Shown in pieces: positions 18,201 through 26,433 of a DNA stretch of 54,448 nt; positions within the stretch are counted from its first letter, which is position 1, and the number at the start of each line of letters is the position of its first letter. The translations under genes and the position numbers were made by a program. The stretch comes from a virus, in IMG/VR virus record IMGVR_UViG_3300045988_021759, positions 1 to 54,448 of that record; one strand, written 5' to 3'. The notes under the pieces were generated by a model that worked only from the letters and a program-made list of their open reading frames with translations, did not search any database and had not been told where the DNA came from.

Positions 18201-20274
18201 GCGAGTGAATCTCGAACGCATCACAGATGCCGTTCCAGAACGGCTTGAAAATGTTATCTACAATCCATGCACCAACGCCAAAGATAGCGTCCTTGATGCC
18301 GAGGAAGAAGCCCGCAACAGCGTCGCCTCCAGCTTCCTGCGTTTTCTCTTTGAAGTAGTTGCCCACATCCGCCAGAGAACCGGCCAGAATCTGAATGACT
18401 GCATCAACGGATTCACCGATAAGGCGGCCCAGCGCCTCCGTCAGCTCGTCCCAGCTCACACCAGACACAGCCCGGACAAGCATTTCAACGAGGTCCTTTG
18501 CCACCTGATAGAAGTCGATGCCATCCATCAAGTCGGCCAGCGAGTTGATAGCCTCCGTGAAAGCGTCGAAGAAACTCTTGACTGCACCCTCCACGTTGCC
18601 GTTACGCAGCGCGTCGGACAGCTTGGCGGTGATGATCTCGCCAATCCGATACCAGTCTTTGCTCTCCAGCCACTCCTGCAACTCGTTATAGAAGCCAGAG
18701 AAGCCGCTGGTGAACGCCTGAAGCACAGCCGTCCAGTCCAGCTCTTTCAGGAAACCACCGGCCAAATCCAGCGCCACGGTAAACTTCTTCGCCAGCAGCC
18801 GCCCGAAGATGTCCCAGTCAACCTCATTGATGATACTGTTGACCGCCTCGGCCAAATGCTTGCCGATATTCACCCAGTCCACCGTGTCCACGGTGTAGTA
18901 CAGCGTCTGGATGGCTGCATTCATGCCCTTGCCGATTTTTGTTCCCCAGCCGGACCAATCAATGCTGTCCACCAGCTCATTGATTTTGTTGCCCAGCAGT
19001 GTGCCCAGCTCTTTCCAGTCAGCTTCCTCAAATGCCTTTTTCAGCTTGTCCGCAAAGTCCAGCACGGCGCTGTCAATGGGGACCTGCTCAAACATCTTGG
19101 AGGGGTCAACGGAACCATCGTCTTTCGTGTTGTCCGTGTCCTTATCGTCCAGAATGTTCAGTTCATCGAAGCTGGCCAGAGCCGCCTTTGCCTTTTTTGC
19201 AGACTGCGACGTTTTGTCGAGGCTCTTGGCGTAGTCCTCCTGAATGGTCGTTGCCTTAGTGTAGGTTTTTGAGCCAGTCAGGGCCGCCGTCAACATCCCG
19301 ATGCGGGAAACCGCCTCGGAGATAAGGTTGATAAGCGATACCAGCGCCGGGGCTGCTGCCCGCAGGATGGGGTCAAATGCGCTTGCAAAGCTGTTCTTCA
19401 GCCTATCCAGCGCAGACATCAGGGACGAGATTGCGGCGTTTGTCCGGCTGGAATACCGGGCAAGATTTTTGTAGCCGTCCACCAACGCGCTGCGCAGCTT
19501 GCTCATGAGGGTGAACAAGCTGCGAACGCCCAGTCCGTACCGCAGCAGCGTTCCGATGCCGCTGTTGAAGCTGGAGTGCGTTTTCTTTGCCCGCAGGGAC
19601 AATTTCAGCATGGCTGCCGCGCCCTTACCCAGCATGGAAACCATGCCCTTCAGGCCGCCGACAACGCCCTTGCCGATAATGCTGCCGAACTTTGCAAAAG
19701 CAGATGTGCCGCGCTCCACTTTCTGCACCATACCGTCGAGCTTTTCTTTCACGGCGTCGAGAGCCGTACTCAGCTGGTCATACTCCGCAGAATCTGCGCC
19801 AGACGTGTGAGAGGTTCCATTCTCCTCCATCTGCGCCGCCTCGGCCCGGTATTCTTCCAGCTTTCGTTCGGTCTGCTCGATGCTGTATTGCAGCGTTTTC
19901 CACTTCTGCGAGGACTTGTTCACGTCCATGTCCTCGTACATGGCCTCTTTGTTGAGCAGCTTGTCCAGCTCTTTTTCTGCCTTCGCGATTTCCGTCTGAA
20001 GCCACGAATAGTCGTCAGTCGGAATGCGCATCTTGCCCAGCTGGCCCATCTTATCTTCCAGAGCTGCAATCGTCTCTTGCAGCGGGCCAACCTTGGTATC
20101 AAAAGATTCTAAGGCGCTGGCGCTGCCGCGCATTGCTTTTTTCATGGTCGGCGCGAGGCCGTCAACCTTGGATTGCAGGGAGTTGACTGCCCGCTGCATG
20201 TTCTTGCTCCCTTTGTCAAACCCTTCGGTCTGAAGCTCAGTGTCAACGACAATGGAGCCGTCTGCCTGTGCCAT
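15220..20274 (-). CDS. Tail tape measure protein (1,684 aa)
   Basis: Size, position after the chaperone pair, coiled-coil N-terminus, Gly/Ser/Ala-rich hydrophobic block, internal repeats. AAGGAGG SD. Confidence 0.9.
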   Translation of the reverse strand: MAQADGSIVVDTELQTEGFDKGSKNMQRAVNSLQSKVDGLAPTMKKAMRGSASALESFDTKVGPLQETIAALEDKMGQLGKMRIPTDDYSWLQTEIAKAEKELDKLLNKEAMYEDMDVNKSSQKWKTLQYSIEQTERKLEEYRAEAAQMEENGTSHTSGADSAEYDQLSTALDAVKEKLDGMVQKVERGTSAFAKFGSIIGKGVVGGLKGMVSMLGKGAAAMLKLSLRAKKTHSSFNSGIGTLLRYGLGVRSLFTLMSKLRSALVDGYKNLARYSSRTNAAISSLMSALDRLKNSFASAFDPILRAAAPALVSLINLISEAVSRIGMLTAALTGSKTYTKATTIQEDYAKSLDKTSQSAKKAKAALASFDELNILDDKDTDNTKDDGSVDPSKMFEQVPIDSAVLDFADKLKKAFEEADWKELGTLLGNKINELVDSIDWSGWGTKIGKGMNAAIQTLYYTVDTVDWVNIGKHLAEAVNSIINEVDWDIFGRLLAKKFTVALDLAGGFLKELDWTAVLQAFTSGFSGFYNELQEWLESKDWYRIGEIITAKLSDALRNGNVEGAVKSFFDAFTEAINSLADLMDGIDFYQVAKDLVEMLVRAVSGVSWDELTEALGRLIGESVDAVIQILAGSLADVGNYFKEKTQEAGGDAVAGFFLGIKDAIFGVGAWIVDNIFKPFWNGICDAFEIHSPSKKMAEVGKFIMEGLKNGITGAISTVVSAVKELPGQIVAKLKATNWVQVGKDIIGAIYNGFVALQTKLPAAMQTIGAAIKKKLSDIDWLTAGKNVIGAIYNGFVTLQTKLPTALKSIGDAAKKKLSSIDWAAAGKNVIGFIYNGFVALQTKLPLALKSIGDTAKKKFTDIDWLGVGKNVILGIYNGIKNTLKKLSEAAGQASNWLINAFKDALGIHSPSVEGEKLGYYFDAGVAGGITGNADMAVDAAGDLGLAVYNGADDALDGKGELLGEGFVDETVDALTSNMNRISDALSSGKGISNIKGIVEAVKSGDWATVTKNVALGLFNSLDKNFRTNVTGFVADSLDALNAGYDEQGFLGMAKAAVNIVTGLKSNLSSASNTTILKNAGKGLAGSIKTGMEGGLPDLWTLVSSIPGKILELLSGGFDELKKWGSGLIDWLKKLFGGGSGDIQKTANSFLQNVGNAFKKMFSGTTDEGNSFMSNLGDLFKNGLSGIKNNTSGLLGSIKNLFSGGFKNISSGASGLWNSVKGFFSNGLSGIASNAGSMISNIGSIFSKGFSGIASGASGLFSNLGSIFSGGLSGIASTVGSGLSGILGSVGSTVGGIASTVGGGLSGLISTIGAGVGSIGSVVSGGLGALASGAAGVAGSVGTALSGAAAAAGSALGGLGTTLAGLATAGGPIGIAVAAVGALGAGLTVAYKKCDWFRDGVNNAFNAIKNTVSNVCQGVGNAVKNIWNGAKSAVSGAVEVGKNIVSGIGNGIKNVASGVWNGVKKVGSGIVSGFKKFFGIHSPSTLMADEIGAYLPAGIDEGMKDAMPALLSSAKDQMGDLVDTVKAGTAEADGTLADSDTPLLSEVSGKVDIVEGMDNVLTQFSDKVADSFTNLLDRLTEITQNAGFSIPALATGTVTPYSVEGGKNSSSGGVLEKIQASNDETTRTIVQAIGSATNSICAAVEQYSGAEVNVDADGLAQHTVDYINRKTRMFGTSPLLTPAEV
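17575..18078 (-). repeat. About four tandem 126-bp (42-aa) coding repeats inside the tape measure gene
   Basis: The motif cagtcgat recurs at 17684, 17810 and 17936, with a diverged copy at 18062. Protein repeat: DW..GKNVIGAIYNGFV.LQTKLP.A..SIG.AAKKKL..I. Confidence 0.7.
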
Positions 20275-20289
20275 ATCAGTGCCACCTCC

Positions 20290-20856
20290 TTACTCCAGTA
20301 ATTTGTTGAGCCGGTCTATTTCGGCCTGTTCCTCTGCGCTCCTTCTCACTTTCAAAGTGCACAGGTCTTTGTTTGCGGCCCAGAACTCGCGTTCCCACTT
20401 TTCCAGCTTTTTGCCCTTGGCCTTTTTGCTGCGCAAGGCCATGACCTGAGCAAATGTGCCGTCATGGATCTCCATGAAGTAGCCCATAAACGTCCACCAG
20501 TGCAGATGCGGGATACTGCGCACCTCACAGCCTGCCACCCGGTTGATGGCCGGGAACAGAATCGGTGCATCCTGCTCCCAGTCCATTGTCCGGGGTGTCG
20601 GTCGTCCCTTGTCTGCGCCAGAATGGAGGCCGCAGTCTATGAACTCCGCAGCCGCCTTGTATGCGGCCTCGTAGTCAGATTGCGGCATCTCGTCGAAGTC
20701 CCGGTAGAGAATGACAAGGCAGATATAGACCTTTTCCTCGTCTTTCAGCTCCGGGTCTCCAAACGCTTGCAGGATTTTCAGCACGTCTTTCATGTCCGTG
20801 CGGATGGCGTAGCTTTTACCGTTGACATCCAGCCGGGTGGGAAGCTCGCCGATCAC
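20290..20856 (-). CDS. Tail assembly chaperone-region protein (Gp15-like)
   Basis: Immediately upstream of the TMP. GTG start overlapping the upstream stop (GTGA). Confidence 0.6.
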   Translation of the reverse strand: MIGELPTRLDVNGKSYAIRTDMKDVLKILQAFGDPELKDEEKVYICLVILYRDFDEMPQSDYEAAYKAAAEFIDCGLHSGADKGRPTPRTMDWEQDAPILFPAINRVAGCEVRSIPHLHWWTFMGYFMEIHDGTFAQVMALRSKKAKGKKLEKWEREFWAANKDLCTLKVRRSAEEQAEIDRLNKLLE

Positions 20857-21392
20857 TGCTGCGGCCCTCTGCCGCGCCGTTTGCCGCCGTTCCGGTGCTT
20901 GCCGGTGCGGTAGCCGTGGGTGTACTTATCCACACGGTTCTGCGCGAGGCTCATCTCGCTGTCAAAGCGCTTCTGGATATATGCGCCGACGGCCTCAATG
21001 GCGATTTCGCAGTAGAAACGGCCACCGACGATGGAGAAAGGATTCATCTTGCCGAAGAACGCCTCGGCGAAGTTGCCATCAAACAGGGTGTTCAGCGCGT
21101 CGGACAGACGCTTTTCAGCTTCGCGCAGCGCGTTGATGGTACGGTCGTCGCCATCCTTTGCGGAGCCGTCGCTGTTGAGGTTGACCTGCTGCACCGGCTC
21201 CAGAACACCGTTGAACTTCTTCACGAAGTCGTTATACCGATGTACGATGCCGATATCGGTCGGGCGCACATAGAACACGCCGACGCGCTGGCCGCGCAGG
21301 TTCGTGATGGGCACTTCCTCGGTGCCATCGTCGATGACGATGCCGACATTCTTCTCAGGTTCCGGGAAATTCAGGGTCTTTTCGTTTTCCAT
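20853..21392 (-). CDS. Tail assembly chaperone candidate
   Basis: Position between the major tail protein and the TMP. Basic C-terminal tail. Confidence 0.55.
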   Translation of the reverse strand: MENEKTLNFPEPEKNVGIVIDDGTEEVPITNLRGQRVGVFYVRPTDIGIVHRYNDFVKKFNGVLEPVQQVNLNSDGSAKDGDDRTINALREAEKRLSDALNTLFDGNFAEAFFGKMNPFSIVGGRFYCEIAIEAVGAYIQKRFDSEMSLAQNRVDKYTHGYRTGKHRNGGKRRGRGPQQ

Positions 21393-21411
21393 TTTGTCCT
21401 CCTAAAGATAA

Positions 21412-21439
21412 AGGGCGGCCAACCCACGCTGACCGCCCT
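21412..21439 (-). terminator. Attenuating hairpin after the major tail protein gene
   Basis: Stem agggcgg/ccgccct, followed on the minus strand by TTATCTTT. Confidence 0.5.
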
Positions 21440-21460
21440 GTTCTCATGCTTTATTGTCGA

Positions 21461-21961
21461 TTATTCGCTATCGCTGCCGGGCAGCTCGGTGAATGCCTTG
21501 GTCGTGGTGTCCCAGTTGCCCTTGACGCGCTCGCCTGCGTTGTAAATGGTGAACGGAATCTGCACACCGCTGGTGTCACCGCCCACGGAGGTAGGCACGA
21601 CCATAACCTTCTCGCGGTATGCCCATGCCACCTTGCCCTTGCTGTCAACCAGCACATCCACAGTGGTGGTCAGGCAGTCGTTGCCGGTCAGGCGACCATT
21701 TGCGATAGCTTCCAGCTTCTCATACAGCGGGTCGCCCTCCACTGCATAGTAGGGGTCCACCTCGCTCTGCGGCTCGTAGCCGTTGTGCTTGATGGTGCTT
21801 TCACCCCAAATGTTTTTCGACACCTCAACGTCCGGGTTCAGTTCGAGGTTGTACTCCTCGAGGTCCTTACCCAGACGGACATACTTCGGGGTGTTCCCGG
21901 TGGTGTCAAAGCTGGCATCGATATAGTGAGCCAGCAGCTTACGTTCGATTTTCTCTGCCAT
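21461..21961 (-). CDS. Major tail protein
   Basis: 166-aa ORF with strong SD, upstream of the chaperone pair, followed by an attenuator. Confidence 0.7.
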   Translation of the reverse strand: MAEKIERKLLAHYIDASFDTTGNTPKYVRLGKDLEEYNLELNPDVEVSKNIWGESTIKHNGYEPQSEVDPYYAVEGDPLYEKLEAIANGRLTGNDCLTTTVDVLVDSKGKVAWAYREKVMVVPTSVGGDTSGVQIPFTIYNAGERVKGNWDTTTKAFTELPGSDSE

Positions 21962-21973
21962 GTTGTTCTCTCC

Positions 21974-22480
21974 TTATCTGCAAAAATTGTTTTCGTATCT
22001 CAGGCTGCCGGAGAACAGCCAGTCCTCAACGCCGTTCTGGTACACAGCATTCAGGTGCGAGGGGCTTGTGCGGGAAATGGCCCTGATTTTGCGGTTTCCC
22101 TCCGTCAGAGCCGGGTATGCGTCCATAGTGTGCATCTCACCGTTCACCGTGACCGGCTGGCGTTCCAGCCACCGCCCGATAGCGTCCAGCAGCTCTTTGC
22201 TCCGCATCCTTGCAGCTTCCGTCTTGGGAGCGCAGCGCAGCACGATGTCAAACGGATAAGCGCAGACCTGATTGACGTGTCCGGTGATGCTTTCTTTCTC
22301 GGACGTGATAGCCGCACCCACAGAAGGGAAGAATGCAAGGCCGTCGTCCTCGCCCAGCGTGGAGAATGCGATTCTCCTGCCGCACAGTGCGGGGCAGGTG
22401 TTGAGCAGCTCCATCAGCACCTTGCTCATGATTTCAGAACCGTCAACATCAAACTTGACGGCGGTATTTGCTTTAGGCAT
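21974..22480 (-). CDS. Head-tail joining / tail terminator-region protein
   Basis: Synteny only. Confidence 0.5.
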   Translation of the reverse strand: MPKANTAVKFDVDGSEIMSKVLMELLNTCPALCGRRIAFSTLGEDDGLAFFPSVGAAITSEKESITGHVNQVCAYPFDIVLRCAPKTEAARMRSKELLDAIGRWLERQPVTVNGEMHTMDAYPALTEGNRKIRAISRTSPSHLNAVYQNGVEDWLFSGSLRYENNFCR

Positions 22481-22958
22481 CTTCGCCTCTACCTCCTATG
22501 CGTTTTACTCCGTTCAGCCAGCGTTCTTCGTTCGCCGCCTTCGCGGCATCGAACCAGTGGTCGGTAGCCTGTGGGTTCGCAGTCGTCGAATAGGTCAGCG
22601 GTCTACTGGTCGGAACGAGCGTCGCCCCCTTGCGGAACCGGAGTAGATATCCGCCGGAGCCGTCCGGTATCTTCATGGGACCTTTGCCGGTCTCGGAATC
22701 GACCATGACCTTGCCCTCATACAGATACCGCGCATAGGGGCCGGGGAATACGACCCGCTTGCCGCCCTCGTCCACATACGAGCGCTGAACCTGACTTCCG
22801 GTTTCCATTGGCATGAACGGTTTGCAGTCTGCAAGCACCTGTTCTGCCAACCATTCCTGAGCAGCGGCAAACTGCCGGGAAAAACGGTCGAAATGGATTT
22901 CCGCACAAAAATTACCATGGACACAGGAAAAGCCCTGAAAATGCTCCGTATCGCTCAT
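22473..22958 (-). CDS. Head-tail adaptor / minor capsid-type protein (HK97 gp10-like region)
   Basis: PFMPMETG...FPGPYARYLYEGKV...NPQATDHWFDAAK pattern, plus synteny. Confidence 0.55.
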   Translation of the reverse strand: MSDTEHFQGFSCVHGNFCAEIHFDRFSRQFAAAQEWLAEQVLADCKPFMPMETGSQVQRSYVDEGGKRVVFPGPYARYLYEGKVMVDSETGKGPMKIPDGSGGYLLRFRKGATLVPTSRPLTYSTTANPQATDHWFDAAKAANEERWLNGVKRIGGRGEDA

Positions 22959-23384
22959 TTAGCGTCCCTCCACTTCAAAATGTGGAATGAGTCCGTAGAA
23001 CGAGGCCGAAGTAATCATGTAGACTTCATCCTGCCCATGGTTCATCTCGTGGTATAAGCCGTTGTCGTAGTCGTCCTCAGAAACAGGCTGCTTCAGAGGG
23101 CAGCTGCCGACAACGACGAAATCATGCTCCGGCCAGAACGTGAAGCACTCGCCGGGTGCGTCTCGCGCTGCATAGGCTTTCGGGCCGATGTACTGCCGTG
23201 CGCCGGCCGTTTTGTCTGCTGCTGCCGGGATGATGATGCTCACCGAATCGCTGCCGTTGTTGCCGTGCGTCGTCGCGCTGCTCGCGTTGGCCGCGGCAAG
23301 CTGCACATGGTCAAACACGGTCGTATACCAAAGGCCAGACGGCTCGTGGTAGTTGTACAGCGTAATGGTCTGGTCGTGCATCAT
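22959..23384 (-). CDS. Head-tail joining region protein
   Basis: Synteny. ATGA overlap with the upstream gene. Confidence 0.5.
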   Translation of the reverse strand: MMHDQTITLYNYHEPSGLWYTTVFDHVQLAAANASSATTHGNNGSDSVSIIIPAAADKTAGARQYIGPKAYAARDAPGECFTFWPEHDFVVVGSCPLKQPVSEDDYDNGLYHEMNHGQDEVYMITSASFYGLIPHFEVEGR

Positions 23385-23836
23385 CTCACCCCCGCATACA
23401 GCAGGTTCACGCCGTCCGGGCCGGGGACGTTTGCGAGATACCGTTCAGCTTCAGATTGCAGCAGGGAGTTCAGCGCTGCGCTGTCGGATGCAGCCTTTGC
23501 GTACACGGACGCCTCCGCAGACTGCACATAGGACACAGATTCCTTGCCGGAGGTCATAGAGGCCACGGCGGGCCGGAGATTGCCCTGTGCATCTTTGCTG
23601 GCCGCCGTTACCGTGCGCTGCTGCTCCACGCGGAAGAGAATGTCTGCCAGAGCGCACACGGCTTTCTTCACCCGGACAACATGAGCGTCATCTTCGGGCA
23701 TACCCTGCGCCAGCCGGTAGAAGGTAATGGTATCAACAGCATCACTCGCACGTTCCAGCCATTTCGGCGCGGTCGCCTTGGTCAGCTCATCGCCGAAATA
23801 CCGGGCGGTGTAGAACTCATAATCCGCATACGCCAT
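23381..23836 (-). CDS. Head-tail connector (gp6-like) protein
   Basis: MAYADYEFYTARYFGD... N-terminus and position after the capsid gene. Confidence 0.55.
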   Translation of the reverse strand: MAYADYEFYTARYFGDELTKATAPKWLERASDAVDTITFYRLAQGMPEDDAHVVRVKKAVCALADILFRVEQQRTVTAASKDAQGNLRPAVASMTSGKESVSYVQSAEASVYAKAASDSAALNSLLQSEAERYLANVPGPDGVNLLYAGVR

Positions 23837-23851
23837 GGTTTACACCTCCGC

Positions 23852-24034
23852 TCAGGCGTCCTCTGCGGGCGCTGCTGCGGCCTTTGCCTTGCTGGACTTC
23901 TTGGCGGGTACAGCCGCCTCGACGGCAGGTGCGTCCATAGCTTCATAGCGGTCGCTGTTCTCCATCAGCTCGATGGTCAGCGGGTTGTCAGTCTCCAGCA
24001 CATTGCCGGTGACGATGTTCTTGAACTTTGCCAT
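23852..24034 (-). CDS. Small head-associated protein
   Basis: 60-aa ORF with AAGGAG SD directly after the capsid gene. Confidence 0.55.
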   Translation of the reverse strand: MAKFKNIVTGNVLETDNPLTIELMENSDRYEAMDAPAVEAAVPAKKSSKAKAAAAPAEDA

Positions 24035-24050
24035 TGTGATAGCTCCTTTC

Positions 24051-24893
24051 TTACTCCGCGCCCTTCTTCTTGAAAATCAGGTCAGGGGTGACGACCTTGG
24101 TGCCGTAGTGATAGAACAGGCTGACGGCGGTCGCCTCGGACAGCGGAATCTTTTCAGCGGTATAGGGGTTGGCCATGACAGGCTGGGCCACAGAGCCGTC
24201 AACCATCAGGATATAGTCACAGCCAGCGGGCAGGTGGGTGCAGCTCTTGACCTCGACACCGTGCCATGCGTAGAACTCCTCAGCAGCAGTATCCACGTTC
24301 GCGCGAGACATCTTGTCGAGGTTGTTGCGGATCTTGCCATAGTAGGCGGTGGACGTTACCAGACACATCATCTCGCGGGGTACGCCATCCACAAAATCGT
24401 TGGCAGTGTTTTCGGCCTCCTGAATGACCTGCTCCAGTTCATCTTCGACGCTGGTGCCAGCGGCGACAGTCACCTTAACGGCTTCACCGTCTGCGGCCTT
24501 GAAGAAGTCTTTGTCCAGTTCTGCAGCCATGCGCAGAACATGGTTTGCAGCGCGACGGTCCAGAACGCCATCGACGCCGTACAGCTTAACGTCCTTTTCC
24601 TCCATCTCCTCCACGATTTCGCGGTCAGTGTCGATAGCCACGGTCACGGACTTCGCCTTGATCTGGCTGCCCTTGCCAGCAGTGCGGGCAGTGCCATAGG
24701 CTGCGGAGGTGGCGTTTGCGAAGCGCTTTGCCTCCACAGTGCCAGCGGTCGGGTCGCCGGACAGGTCGGTGTTCTTCATACCAGCAGAAACGAGCGCTTT
24801 CTGCACGTTCTGGATGACTTTGCCGTACAGCTCGGCGAGATACTCTTTGCCGCTGTCGGTGTTGAGAATGCCCAGAGATTCAATTCTTGCCAT
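24051..24893 (-). CDS. Major capsid protein
   Basis: 280-aa ORF following the scaffold gene, with good SD. Confidence 0.7.
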   Translation of the reverse strand: MARIESLGILNTDSGKEYLAELYGKVIQNVQKALVSAGMKNTDLSGDPTAGTVEAKRFANATSAAYGTARTAGKGSQIKAKSVTVAIDTDREIVEEMEEKDVKLYGVDGVLDRRAANHVLRMAAELDKDFFKAADGEAVKVTVAAGTSVEDELEQVIQEAENTANDFVDGVPREMMCLVTSTAYYGKIRNNLDKMSRANVDTAAEEFYAWHGVEVKSCTHLPAGCDYILMVDGSVAQPVMANPYTAEKIPLSEATAVSLFYHYGTKVVTPDLIFKKKGAE

Positions 24894-24915
24894 AGTGGTT
24901 TACCTTCCTTTCGGG

Positions 24916-25497
24916 TTAGAAAATTTTGGGCGGGGTGTACTTGGTTTCCGTCGGAGTGGTGTTGCCGGTGGGGCCGACAATCTTCGGCGCTTTCTTTTCA
25001 AGCTGCGCCTGTTTTTCAGCCTCTGCCTTTTCCTCGGCAGTCTGGTACAGGCCGGAATCCTTTTCCTTTGCAGTTTTCATGAAGTCGTCGAAGCCCTGAA
25101 ATGCGCCGTTCTTCCATTTCAGGCCGTCCTTTTCGTCCATCACGTCAGCGGTAAGCTGGCGGCGGGCGTAGGGAGAGGAAACGCCGTACTTGTCCAGCTG
25201 ACCCTTGACCCAATCGCGCTGGTCACGCTGGGTCAGTTCGGTCTGCCGGTTCTTTTCGGCATCTTCGGCCTGCTTCTTGTACTGGGCGATTTCCGCCTTG
25301 ACTTCATCGGCAGACTTGCCATCGAAGCCTTTCAGGGTGTCCTCTGCGGTTGCCAAGCGGGCTTTCAGGTCGTCACGTTCCGCCGTCAGCGTGGCGATGG
25401 GGGCCTTGGCGTTTTCCACGTCGAGGCCGTTGAGCTTAAAGACCGCGTCGATCTGTTCCTGATTCAGTCCAAGGTCTTTCAGTTCATTGGTTTTCAT
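24916..25497 (-). CDS. Scaffolding protein
   Basis: Charged, coiled-coil, Lys/Glu/Ala-rich. ATG at 25497 with GGAGG SD. Precedes the capsid gene. Confidence 0.7.
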   Translation of the reverse strand: MKTNELKDLGLNQEQIDAVFKLNGLDVENAKAPIATLTAERDDLKARLATAEDTLKGFDGKSADEVKAEIAQYKKQAEDAEKNRQTELTQRDQRDWVKGQLDKYGVSSPYARRQLTADVMDEKDGLKWKNGAFQGFDDFMKTAKEKDSGLYQTAEEKAEAEKQAQLEKKAPKIVGPTGNTTPTETKYTPPKIF

Positions 25498-25620
25498 AGG
25501 ATGCCTCCGGTTCAGCAACTAAGCGTTTTAAGTCGTCGCTCTGACTTGTTGCCCCTGCCTTGTTAAGTCCGCAGGTAGACTGATATTGCGCCCTCTTTGG
25601 CCTCATGCGGCCGCAGCGGG

Positions 25621-25653
25621 CATAAAAATAGCACGGTGCAAGTGCATCGTGCT
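25621..25653 (-). terminator. Intrinsic terminator between the moron block and the scaffold gene
   Basis: Stem agcacg/cgtgct, then ATTTTTATG on the minus strand. Confidence 0.5.
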
Positions 25654-25669
25654 AAAAAAACTCAGGGGT

Positions 25670-25858
25670 TTATCTAAAGAGCAGGAGCGCCCATTTCATC
25701 CATTCGGGAATATCGGATGCGAACAAGCCGCTGTAAAGAAAAATCGAAATCGCAACAGAGCCAAAAGCAGTGACCACAACGAGAACAGATGCCACAGCTC
25801 CAAGAATTTCAGTTCGTCTGCGGCTCCGCCTCATTCGTTTATCGAAGTCATTCATCAT
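25670..25858 (-). CDS. Small single-TM membrane protein (moron)
   Basis: ILGAVASVLVVVTAFGSVAISIFLY hydrophobic segment. Start overlaps the upstream stop. Confidence 0.5.
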   Translation of the reverse strand: MMNDFDKRMRRSRRRTEILGAVASVLVVVTAFGSVAISIFLYSGLFASDIPEWMKWALLLFR

Positions 25859-26111
25859 CGTCCACATCCTCTTCATCATCGGCTTCCCACGCCTCCTGAA
25901 TGCGGCGGCCATTGGCACAGACTGCATCCAGCGTGGCATCTGCCTGAATGTTCGTTACGACCACAGCCTTGTCCATCATGTCCATGTGGTAGTAACCGGT
26001 GAACACTTCGCCGCCGGGGAGCGGGGCTGCAACGCAAATGCGGTCGATTTTGTTTTCCTCCAGCATTGCCAGAACGTCAGAGAGCCACGGCGCATAGGGT
26101 GCATCAGACAT
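25848..26111 (-). CDS. Small acidic hypothetical protein (moron)
   Basis: ATG at 26111 overlaps the upstream stop (ATGTCTGA). Asp/Glu-rich C-tail. Confidence 0.5.
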   Translation of the reverse strand: MSDAPYAPWLSDVLAMLEENKIDRICVAAPLPGGEVFTGYYHMDMMDKAVVVTNIQADATLDAVCANGRRIQEAWEADDEEDVDDDE

Positions 26112-26433
26112 TAAGCAGCTCGCCATAGGTCGATACCTCCATGATGTGGATGCCATAGTCAGCAGCGCACTGATGCTCAATGCGGCAGCCGCGGGCACCC
26201 TGCCAGCCGGGTGCGAACACGGCCACGTCAGCCTTAGCCAGAAATTCGATGCTGCGGGCCAGATAGTCCAGCGGTTTTGCCGCGGGGCCGAAATCGTCAA
26301 AGAACGTCTCCAGCGGGTCCACATCGTCGCCGAGCTTTTTCTTTGCCCAGTGAATCAGAGCTTTGCGTTCCTGCAAAACCTGTTCGTCCGTTCTGCCGTT
26401 CATGGGCTGGCTGATAAAGATTTTCTTGCTCAT
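26104..26433 (-). CDS. DUF4406 / nucleoside 2-deoxyribosyltransferase-like protein
   Basis: MSKKIFISQPMNGRTDEQ... N-terminal pattern is typical of that fold. Inserted between head-morphogenesis and scaffold genes. Confidence 0.5.
   Translation of the reverse strand: MSKKIFISQPMNGRTDEQVLQERKALIHWAKKKLGDDVDPLETFFDDFGPAAKPLDYLARSIEFLAKADVAVFAPGWQGARGCRIEHQCAADYGIHIMEVSTYGELLNV

Noticed and set aside
15175-19272. Several long + strand ORFs (15175..16365, 16037..17518, 17878..19272) inside the tape measure region
   Set aside because: They are antisense shadows of the 1,684-aa TMP gene. They have Pro/Arg/Ala-rich nonsense composition and no ribosome-binding sites.
20853-20900. Programmed -1 frameshift joining the two tail-chaperone ORFs (G/GT-like)
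   Set aside because: The downstream ORF is in the -1 frame and is open for at least 45 nt upstream. However, I found no X XXY YYZ slippery heptamer near the end of the first ORF, and the second ORF has its own GTG start. It is not called, though it cannot be fully excluded.
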